From Lytechinus pictus (lineage: Eukaryota), in the NCBI RefSeq assembly GCF_037042905.1, contig NC_087251.1, positions 36,768,001 to 36,832,000 on the forward strand: a stretch of 64,000 nt of DNA, read 5' to 3'. Numbering within the stretch: the stretch's first letter is position 1; the number at the start of each line of letters is the position of its first letter. The position numbers and the translations under genes were made by a program. Positions 1 through 64,000 of the stretch are shown here, one piece after another. The notes beneath the pieces were generated by a model. The model saw nothing but the letters and a program-made list of their open reading frames with translations. It was not told the origin of the DNA and searched no databases.

Positions 1-501
1 CACTTTAAAAACATGTAAACACAAGTTTGATGGATTCTCGACTGTGCTATTAAAAATTAAATTGTAAGTATCCCCCTTTGTCAGATCTAAAATATATTGC
101 TCAAGATTTATAATCTATTCAGACTATCATTTCCATCACTGTCGCTCCTATAAGCATACATGAACCAATTTTGCAGTTGAATCCTCAAACAATTCTGAAG
201 TTATTGGAAGAATGATAAATTTTCATGTAATGATCTATGTGACTTTTTAATTTTAACCTCATGACCCCTCAAATGTAATTACACCATTGTCACTCCTATA
301 TCCAAAAGTGACCCAAGTTTGAAGATGATGCGTGAAACATTTTTTTTTGTTACTACAGGAACAAAATTTGGACAGACAACTGTTTATGGGTACAATGTTC
401 AATGTTTAGTACAAAATAATAAATAGGGGCATTAGGTTAAATGAGAATTAGACAAAGAGGGTATCAGACGAAGTATAGTGTAGACCAAAATAAGAGTAGG
501 C

Positions 502-662
502 CTGGGGCCCGTTTCATAAAGACTTACAACTGTTGCAACTTTGCAATTATGGCAACTACCATGGTAACAGGGCTCAGCAGCCAATCAAAATCAAGGTTAC
601 CATGGTAGTTGCCATAATGGCAAAGTTACAGCAGTTGCAACTCTTTATGAAACGGGTCCCAG
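502..662. mobile_element. palindromic MITE (about 160 bp)
   Basis: ctggggcccgtttcataaag...ctttatgaaacgggtcccag, near-complete hairpin. Related copies near 2770-2915, 6340-6490, 7190-7325, 14897-15055 and 21070-21205. Confidence 0.85.
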
Positions 663-740
663 ATGTGAACTACTATTGGAGTATCTGAAAAGTAGACTAA
701 ATGCCTGTAGACCAAATGAAAATAGATCTGTGTCACTCAC

Positions 741-53639
<52,899 letters not shown>

Positions 53640-53830
53640 AAAAAACGTATGTTACCAAGAAATTCTTTTACCATCAGGCATCACCAGCTGTATTTTTTTG
53701 TAAATAATGAGCAGTCATTGCAGATTCTGATATAGCGCCATCAGCGCCGGGATTTTTATGCAAATATGGCAGCCCACATGGAAACTCAACTTTGCCAAAT
53801 TTGGATCGGAGCTCAAACTGGCATTTTGAA
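53640..53830 (-). promoter_or_regulatory. putative 5'UTR/promoter of the UBR gene
   Basis: Directly upstream of the ATG. Contains TAGCGCCATCAGCG (CTCF-like), an ATGCAAAT octamer at 53758 and AATATGGCAGCC (YY1-like). Motif matches only. Confidence 0.4.
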
Positions 53831-56101
53831 GGGTGAATTTATTTTTGAGTGATTTTTTTATGTTTAATAATATCGTGCTTTTATAGGCTTCATCTTTTTT
53901 AAAAAGATATTATTATTATTGGATACACAGTCAGATACTGAGATAGGATGTAAACTTCTTGCTGAATTTTTATGTCCTCAGTCCCATGTGTGGATTAATT
54001 TGTCATGTTTGTAATAATAGAATAACAGTGTCCAACTTCTTTTCTTTGCCGCCTTGTGCACTCTTCACTCATGTTTGGAAGAAAGTGCGGCACAAAGAAA
54101 TTGATTGAATAAATATATTATGTAATCATTAGTGCAAATGATACAACACACGATGGTTAGTAATGCAATGTAACGTCCATGCGCACTGAGACTGAGTCGC
54201 CATGTTTGGCAATCCATTGGCTTTGCCTTGGCATTGGCCATTGGCGGTCTTCAAGATCAAGTTACCTTCAATTTTGCAAAAAAATGAAAATTCTTAACTA
54301 AATCATTGTATGAGATGAAAGTATCCACAAATCCTTTCAAATACATGAAAAACTTTTCTCCTGAAATTGCTATGTTTTCAAGTAAGAACGTCATGAATTA
54401 CGCACTTCCGGAATTCGGAACGGCGACACAATCACTCTAGGCGACACCCCAATACTTACCCGTGCTAATAAACTGGGACTCCACTCACGCGCATTTGGGC
54501 CGCCCTAGCTTAGAACTAAGCAATATTATCTAGAAATTGTTACATTGTAGTCATTAAATATGTTCTATTAAATAAATTGATAATGTTTAATCGGTACTCA
54601 CCGGTTCTTTTGTTGCATTTTCAGACCATTTCTCACAATTCTTCGTAAATATTTGCGGCAAATTTTGTCGCCATAGACAGCTTAGCATCCATCTTTATTG
54701 ATAAATGGAGCGCCCTTTACGATAGTTGTTAATGCCGCGGAGAAATCGTTAGGCATTTTGGCCTGTGTTCAAGGCGTTCTTTCTGTTTTATTTTTTATAT
54801 TGAAGATTGTGCATTTGTTGAATAGCGCCGTCTACGTCAGGTATGAGATCGAGTGTATAAATACACTCTTCCAAAATAATTATGATTCCGACCTGGCGCT
54901 GTTTAACTTCAATCTCTTTCACCTAAATTAGCGATGAATGCTAGCATTATAAAATATATATTATTAACGTCTGACGAAAAGAATAACCAACCGATCAGCT
55001 GACGAGAACGCGAATCACGTGATCTTCATATCAGCTTCGATCGCGAGTCAGAAGAGAAGAGCAGCTGCCCAGAAAATCAGGAAAAAGCCGTGAAAATGTA
55101 AGTTCCCCTTCATTTCTTTCATTTTTTGTTGTTGCTAACGATGCATTTACACTATAAAATTATAATTTAAATAAGAGAAAGGAATATAGCTTGTACTTGT
55201 GATATAATATATAAATATCCTGTTCTCAGAGATTTCTAACCAAAAATACTACTGATGTCGCCTATGAGGTCCATACATGTAATGTTGGACCTCATTGGTA
55301 CTAGGAGTGGACACAATGACGGGTAAATTTTGAGTCGCCGATTTGGAAAATCCAATACATTTACTACAGACATATCGCGCATGCAGACACACACGCACCG
55401 ATCGTACACAAAAGTGCATTGACTCGGCTGCGTTGTTGAAACCTCTCTGTTGAAACCTCTCTCTCATTCAATGAACAAGGTCAAGGTTATATAACCTTGT
55501 TCGCGGTTATATCTCTGTGTGTTGCAAAATAAGGGTGGCAATGGTTGGCTTATTTTCTCTTTTTCTTTGGGACAATGCTTGATTTTTTACACAGTTTCCA
55601 TAACACCTATTCATCATACAACTTGGCTCTTAAGTAAATTTGAATCTTTAAATTATTTTTTTCTTAATTAGATATAGAGATTGAAAAATGAAAATTTTCT
55701 TGCCATATTACTTTCCACCAATAGAGGGCGTACACAAAAATATGCCCAAAATTCAAGTTTTTGAGAGCTCTGGTGAATACAAATATTATTCCCAAGTTAC
55801 TAATGAAAAATAAATTGCAACTGTATGGAAATTAGTAATTTTGGTCACAAAAGTGATATTTTAATGATTTTTTAAAGTGTGTGCTCTGTACAGCATTGGC
55901 ATACCATAGTCCTTAGGTGTCCTACCTGTAGATTCCCCACAGGCAGGATAGTTGCAGTGAGCTAGTGTCCGTGTCTTATTTTTATAACAATTGTCACCCC
56001 CACTTTCAAAATGAAATGATCGTGAGCATTTTTTTATATTCTATGTTTTGATACCAAATATTGGTAACTTGAGCGGGCAGCTTTGGAAACATTGTTGCTT
56101 A

Positions 56102-59100
56102 TAGTCTAGGAGATGGGGGGCTTTATTCAGAATTTTTGGTGGGGAAGGTTTGACAGGCTTATCCGGGGTAAAATTGTTTGCTGATTCCAAAAATGTCAGT
56201 CTTATTGACCGTACTCACAACATTTTAGCCATTTTGGCCAATTATTGACCAAAAATGACCAATTTGACCACTCTTTGGAAAATGGTCCCTTAACAGAATG
56301 CTTTTGTAACCACATCCAATTAAAAGGGTCTATCCTAAGCAAAAATGCACCCAGATTCCAAATAAAGTGGTTTCATTTTCCAAATCACACTAGAAGTGGT
56401 CATTTTGGCCATGTTTTGACCAAAAATGACAATTTTCATGATTTTTTTGTCCGAAATGTGTTACAAACATTGATCAGAACAAAGATTGGATGTCTTTAGA
56501 AATCCACATTTATTTTTAAAATGTGCGCTGGATCATAACAATCAACCTCATATAATTTATTCTGTCAGTTTTGACCTATGACGGTCATTTTGGGTACAGG
56601 AATTTAAGGTCTTTAGTATGTATCTTCTTAATGGGATTGCATTTAAAGGTCTATCCTGTGTAGAATTTTATGCTGATTCCAAATATATCAGTCTCAATGA
56701 TCCTATTTAAAAGCTTGTGGGCATTTTGACCATTTATGTCCCTCAAAATGACCAATAATACAAGTTCAATTTATCCAAAAATACTTCGAATGTTACCAGA
56801 ATCGTTACAAGGGTGTGCTATGACACTTAACATTGATGTATTAATCCTTAAATTGAACATCTCAAAATTATTTTGACTTCATGTAACTTATTCCATCAGT
56901 TTTGACCTATGAAGGTCATTTTGGGTACTTTAGACATAACTGACCATTCGCGCAATTCTGCATAATAAACTGTGCAAATCGACAGGAATTTGAGGTCTTC
57001 AGCATGTATCTTCTAAATGGGATTGCATTTAAAAGTCTATCCTGTGTAGAGTTTTATGCTGATTCCAAATATATTAGTCTCAATGACCCTATTTAAAAAC
57101 TTGTGGTCATTTTGATCATTTATATCCCTCAAAATGACCAATAATACAAATTAAATTTATACAAAAATAATTTGAATGTTACCAGAATCGTTACAAGGGT
57201 GTGCTGTGACACTTAACATTAGTGTATTAATCCTTGAATTGAACATCTCAAAATTGTTTTGACTTCATGTAACTTATTCCATCAGTTTTGACCTATGAAG
57301 GTCATTTTGGGTACTTTAGACATAACTGACCATTCGCGCAATTCTGCATAATAAACTGTGCAAATCGACAGGAATTTGAGGTCTTCAGCATGTATCTTCT
57401 AAATGGGATTGTATTTAAAAGGCTATCCTGTGTAGAATTTTATGCTGATTCCAAATATATCACTCTTAATGACCCTATTCAAAAGATTATGGTCATTTTG
57501 GCCACTTATGGCCCTCAAAATGACCAATAACATCAGTTCAATTTATCAAAATATATGTCGAATGTTACCAGAATCGTTACAAGGGTGTGCTGTGACACCA
57601 AGCATTGGTTTATTATATCTTTAAATTGAACATCATGAGAGTATTTTGACCTCATGTAACTTATTCCATCAGTTTTGACCTATGAGGGCAATTTTGGGCA
57701 CTTTAGACATAACTGACCAGTCGCGCAGTTTTACATTCATGTACTGTGCAAATAGTAAAAACTTAAGGTCTCCAGCGTGTTTTATCTTCTTCCCTTATAA
57801 AATGGGAATGCATTCAAAGGTCCATTTTGTGTAGAATTTTATGCTGATTCCAAATGTATCACTGTAAATGACCCTATTTAACAGCTTATGGTGATTTTGG
57901 CCACTTATGGTCCTCAAAATGACCAATAACATCAGTTTAATTTATCAAAAAATACTTCGAATGTTACCAGAATCGTTACAAGGGTGTGCTGTGACACCAA
58001 ATATTGGTGTATTAATTCTTTAAATTGAGCATCTCAAAAGCTGAGTATTTTGACCTCATGTAACTTATCCCATCAGTTTTGAACTATGAGGGTCATTTTG
58101 AGGACTTTAGACATTACTGACCATTCGCGCAGTTTTGCATAATAAACTGTTCAAATAGGCAGGAATTTGAGGTCTTTAGTGTGTATTATTTTCTTCCCTT
58201 ATAATATGGGAATGCATTTAAGGTCTATCTTGTGTAGAATTTTATGGTTATTAAAAATAAATCAGTCTCATTGACCGTATTTAAAATCTTTTGGTTATCT
58301 TGGCTTCTTTTTGGCCCCAAAATGACTAATAACATAAATAATCCAATAATACTTCAAATGTTACCAGAATCATTACAAGGGTATGCTGTGACACATAACA
58401 CTGGTGTATGAACCCTTGAAATTGAGCATCCCCAAAGTATTTTTACTACCTTGGTCATTTTGTCCACCTTAGCCCCGGGCTTGACCCCTGCCCAATGTGT
58501 ATGTTAATTCACCCTATAGCGAACATGATGAGGATAGATTCAGGATTGCGTTAATATTAGCATCAGTTATTGTTAAATGGGGAAAGTTTGAAAGCTTTTG
58601 GGTGAAAATCAATACATTGATTTCATATAGTCCAGTGTTATTGGCCTAACTATTGGACCCTGTGGTCCTTTTGACCACTTTTTACTCAGTGACCAATGAC
58701 CACTCATACTTTGATGAAAAAAATGCTTAAATGTTGGTCAGTGTCATTATCAGCATGAACTACCAATAATCGGTGAAGAGTGTTGATAAATGTGATGAAA
58801 TCCTTTACATCGAGTATACATAAGTTTGTTTGACCACGCACTGAGGTTATTTACTAATGGTAATGTTATATTGAAATCAATAAGTATTTTGTCAATTATT
58901 ATGATTGATTATAATACATCTTATTATCAATAAAGAGCGACAACAACATTTGAATCCGATTTGATACATTCAAATGTTATTGGTCATTGTTGGGACCAAA
59001 ATTGACCAAAATGAGCACTAGCTCATAAAGGAATTAATCTACTTCATAAAGTTTAGAAATATGTCCTAACATTGAATTATGCTAAAATGTCTCATTCCGC

Positions 59101-62059
59101 TGAATTTGCCTCCCCATATATGTGAAGTTTCCATTTATAGCTACATTGTGGTCAAGGTGGCTAAAATCATGAAAATGACCACAGTGCATGGTCAAACAAC
59201 GTTATGAATACTCGATGTAAAGGATTTCATCACATTTATCACCACTCTTCACCGATTATTGGTAGTTCATGCTGATAATGACACTGACCAACATTTAAGC
59301 ATTTTTTTTATCATCAAGCATTAGTGGTCACTGAGGAAAAAGTGGTCAAAAGGACCACAGGGTCCAATAGGTAGGCCAATAACACTGGACTATATGAAAT
59401 CATTGTATTGATTTTCACCCAAAAGCTTTCAAACTTTCTCCATTTCTCCATTTAACAAGAACTGATGCTAATATTAACGCAATCCTGAATCTATCCTCAT
59501 GCATGTTCGCTATAGGGTGAATTAACACACACATTGGGCAGGGGTCAAGCCCGGGGGTCAAGGTTGACAAAATGACCAAGGTAGTAAAAATACTTTGGGT
59601 ATGCTCAATTTCAAGGATTCATACACCAGTGTTATGTGTCACAGCATACCCTTGTAATGATTCTGGTAACATTTGAAGTATTATTGGATTATTTATGTTA
59701 TTAGTCATTTTGGGGCCAAAAAGAGGCCAAAATGACCAAAAGATTTTAAATAGGGTCAATAAGACTGATTTATTTTTGATAACCATAAAATTCTACACGC
59801 ATTCCCATCTTATAAGGGAGGAAAATAATACACACTGAAGACCTCAAATTCCTGCCTATTTGAACAGTTTATTATGCAAAACTGCGCGAATGGTCAGTAA
59901 TGTCTAAAGTACTCAAAATGACCCTCATAGGTCAAAACTGATGGGATAAGTTACATGAGGTCAAAATACTCAGCTTTTGAGATGTTCAATTTAAAGAATT
60001 AATACACCAATATTTGGTGTCACAGGCTGTGACTCCAAATATTGGTGTATTAATTCTTTAAATTGAACATCTCAAAAGCTGAGTATTTTGACCTCACAGC
60101 ACACCCTTGTAACGATTCTGGTAACATTCGAAGTATTTTTGGATAAATTAAACTGATGTTATTGGTCATTTTGAGGGCCATTAGTGGCCAAAATTACCAT
60201 AAGCTGTTAAATAGGGTCATTTACAGTGATACGTTTGGAATCAGCATAAAATTCTACACAAAATGGACCTTTGAATGCATTCCCATTTTATAAGGGAAGA
60301 AGATAAAACATGCTGGAGACCTAAGTTCTTACGTATCTGCACAGTACATGAATGTAAAACCGCGCTACTGGTTAGTTATGTCTAAAGTGCCCAAAATGGC
60401 CCTCATAGGTCAAAACTGTTGGAATAAGTTACATGAGGTCAAAATACTCTCATGATGTTCAATTTAAAGATATAATAAACCAATGCTTGGTGTCACAGCA
60501 CACCCTTGTAACGATTCTGGTAACAATCGACATATATTTTGATAAACTGAACTGATGTTATTGGTCATTTTGAGGGCCATAAGTGGCTGAAATGACCATA
60601 ATCTTTTGAATAGGGTCATTAAGAGTGATATATTTGGAATCAGCATAAAATTCTACACAGGATAGACCTTTAAATGCAATCCCATTTAGAAGATACATGC
60701 TGAAGACCTCAAATTCCTGTCGATTTGCGGGTTTATTATGCAGAATTGCGCGAATGGTCAGTTATGTCTGAAGTATCAAAAATGACCTTCATAGGTCAAA
60801 ACCGATGGAATAAGTTACATGAGGTCAAAATAATTTTGAGATGTTCAATTTAAGGATTAATACACCAATGTTAAGTGTCACAGCACACCCTTGTAAAGAT
60901 TCTGGAAACATTCGAAGTATTTTTGGATAAATTGAACTTGTATTATTGGTCATTTTGAGGGACATAAATGACCGAAATGACCACAAGCTTTTAAATAGGG
61001 TCATTGAGACTGATATATTTGGAATCAGCATAAAATTCTACACAGGATAGACCTTTAAATGCAATCCCATTTAGAAGATACATGCTGAAGACCTCAATTT
61101 CCTGTCGATTTGCACAGTTTATTATGCAGAATTGCGCGAATGGTCAGTTATGTCTAAAGTACCAAAAATGACCTTCATAGGTCAAAACTGATGGAATAAG
61201 TTACATGAGGTCAAAATGAATTTGAGTTGTTCAATTTAAGGATTAATACATCAATGTTACAGTTAGGTGTCACAGCACACCCTTGTAACGATTCTGGAAA
61301 CATTCGAAGTATTTTTGGATAAATTGAACTTGTATTATTGGTCATTTTGAGGGACATAAATGACCAAAATGACCATAAGCTTTTGAAAAGGGTCATCAAG
61401 ACTGATATATTTGGAATCAGCATAAAATTCTACACAAGAAGCACCTTTGAATGCATTACCATTTAATAAGGGAAGAAGATAATACATGCTTCAGACCTCA
61501 ATTTCCTGCCTATTTGAACAGTTTATAATGCATAACTGCGCGAATGGTCAGTTTATGTCTAAAGTACCCAAAATAACCATCATAGGTCAAAACTGACAGA
61601 ATAAATTATATGAGGTTGATTGTTATGATCCAGCGCACATTTTAAAAATAAATGTGGATTTCTAAAGACATCCAATCTTTGTTCTGATCAATGTTTGTAA
61701 CACATTTCGGACAAAAAAATCATGAAAATTGTCATTTTTGGTCAAAACATGGCCAAAATGACCACTTCTAGTGTGATTTGGAAAATGAAACCACTTTATT
61801 TGGAATCTGGGTGCATTTTTGCTTAGGATAGACCCTTTTAATTGGATGTGGTTACAAAAGCATTCTGTTAAGGGACCATTTTCCAAAGAGTGGTCAAATT
61901 GGTCATTTTTGGTCAATAATTGGCCAAAATGGCTAAAATGTCGTGAGTACGGTCAATAAGACTGACATTTTTGGAATCAGCACACAATTTTACCCCTGAT
62001 AAGCCTGTCAAACCTTCCCCACCAAAAATTCTGAATAAAGCCCCCCATCTCCTAGACTA
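56102..62059. mobile_element. 6-kb foldback DNA transposon (Academ-like ends), no coding capacity seen
   Basis: TAGTCTAGGAG...CTCCTAGACTA ends, TTA TSD, inverted arms of about 2.75-2.9 kb each with five tandem units of about 385-400 bp. ORFs 56245-56499(+) and 61662-61916(-) translate identically. Confidence 0.9.
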
Positions 62060-62959
62060 TTAGTGTGGGCATCTCAAATCGTCGCCCGAGAAAAATGGCA
62101 GCTAAAATTCGCACCGTACGGACCAAGTTTGCAAGTCTGACTTTGACTGCGCTAAACTCCCTTTTCTTTTGCTGGATCTTTTAAGGACGTTCCACAGTTA
62201 TGTTTGTGCGCATCATGATCTGCGCATATTTTACACTCTGCGCGCTGACGTCACAATGGACGAACTTGTGATTAGGTAATGTGAGCTGATTTTTCTCCTT
62301 ATCTGCACTAACTGCAGATTTGATGTATTATTTTATGAAGCTAATAAACTGGAATTATTCCATGGACCATTTTTTTTATTCCTCTACAATTTCAAAATAG
62401 TTTCTCTGTAGTGCTGCAAAGTATAATGAATATGACCCTAAGTATCAATAAATGGAAAAGTGGTTCGGAATTTTTCCTCACATAGATACTGCTTTTGGCG
62501 CGTTTTCGGGTGTCTTAAGAAGCAAGTTTGTTCTAATAAGAGTGCTGATAGTTTGAAAACAAACACATGAACCCATATTTATTAATGTTTGCACCTCTTA
62601 GGTACAGTATACTTTCCTCTAAAAGTTTGCAAAGTTTGGTGAAAATGACATGGGTTTTGAATAAAGTGCAGCATTTCTTTTACTTCTCAAGTTTGTTATT
62701 AAAATTTGAATTTTTTGAGGTTGAGTATCTTTCCCGCAATTTCTAAGAACTGAAAGTGTTGTTAGACTTAAATGAGCAAACAATTGACAGCAATATAGAT
62801 AGATTTTCCATCTTACGGATACAATTATTAATCACATTGCAAAATTAAATGACATTTTCATGGATTTGACTGAGTAGTAGGGCTTTAAACTCAATGTTGC
62901 GATCTCGCGAGGTCTAAAAATGCCATATTATTTTGGATGCGCAATTTTTAAGGACATTA

Positions 62960-64000
62960 TCTATTTTGGGTTAATTTTAAGCTCTATAGCAAAAAATCAA
63001 GCACATGGACCCATATTAATTTTTGCATATTTGGAATATTCAGGTGCTAAAGTATCTATATGCAAAGTATGGTGAAAATGACATGGATTTTCAATGTTTG
63101 GGAGCAAGACTACGGAACCACTCGCATTTTAGACGGTATTAACAGACTTTTGCTTGTTTTCGGCGCATTTTGGGCTGTTTCAAGCCAACTGGCAATATTT
63201 TGGACACTGATAATTTGAAAACGAGCACATAGACCCCATAGTTTAAATGTCCTAACTTCTTCAGAATATATTCCTCTACAAATCTAGAGAGTATGATGAA
63301 ATTGATATGGATTTTGAATGTTTGGGAGCAGGACTAAGGAACCATTCGTATTTTGGACATTTTGGATGTTATTAGACTTTTGCCCGTTTTAGGCCCATTA
63401 TAGATTGTTTCAAGCCAACTCGCAACACTTTGGACACTGATAGTTTAAAAACGAGTACATGGACCCCATATTTTTAATATTTTAACGTCTTAAGAATATA
63501 TTCCTCTATAAGTCTAGAGAGTATGATGAAAATGACATGGATTATTAATTTTTGGGAGCAGGACTAAGGAACCATTCATGTTTTAGACATTTTGGACGGT
63601 AATATCAGATTTACTTGTTTTCGGCGCATTTTGGGCTGTTTCAAGCCAACTCGCAACTGTTCAGATACTGATAGCATAAAAACGAGCACATGGACCCCAT
63701 GTTTTTAATATTTTAACGTCATCAGAACATATTCCTCTGAAAATCTAGAGAGTATGATGAAAATGACATGGATTATTAATTTTTGGGAGCAGGACTAAGG
63801 AACCATTCATATTTTAGACAGTAATATCAGACTTTAATATCAGACTTACTTGTTTACGGCGCATTTTGGGCTGTTTCAAGCCAACTCGCAACAGTTTAGA
63901 CACTGATAGCATAAAAATGAGCACATGGACCCCATGTTTTTAATATTTTAACGTCATCAGAATATATTCCTCTGAAAATCTAGTGAGTATGATGAAAATG
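62960..64000. repeat. tandem array, unit about 225-235 bp, truncated by window end
   Basis: Recurring catggacccc marker near 63007, 63231, 63461, 63692 and 63927, together with ttgggagcaggactaaggaacc. Confidence 0.85.

Noticed and set aside
56600..58450. Regularly spaced repeats as a CRISPR-like array
   Set aside because: Whole ~390-bp units are repeated with no unique spacers, the context is eukaryotic, and no cas genes are present.
56245..61916. Repeated ORFs MLIPNIS... and the paired MTKNDQ... ORFs as a gene family
   Set aside because: By-products of tandem and inverted repeats. They are short, have no recognisable domain and are broken in some units.

Overview
AT-rich animal genomic DNA. 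The repeat repertoire suggests a sea urchin or other echinoderm; this is an inference. One minus-strand gene spans most of the window: an N-end-rule E3 ubiquitin ligase of the UBR1/UBR2 family. I traced 41 coding exons by hand from the ATG at 53639 to position 741. All introns are GT-AG, all phases are compatible, and the total is 4423 nt (about 1474 codons). They encode the UBR-box, ClpS-like and RING-H2 regions, and the gene continues beyond the left edge. The introns hold MITEs, SINEs, two LINE 3' remnants, a HINE-like element, nested DNA transposons and (CAT)n microsatellites. About 2.5 kb upstream of the ATG lies a 6-kb almost fully palindromic element with TAG...CTA ends and a 3-bp TSD (Academ-like). 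Notable observations: three separate partial exon duplications, one of which forms an in-frame 63-nt candidate cassette exon with mostly synonymous divergence; a DNA transposon family with 6-bp TSDs; and strong enrichment of TACATGTA, which matches the Tc1-type excision footprint. Coordinates were read by eye, and repeat boundaries are approximate unless TSDs are quoted.
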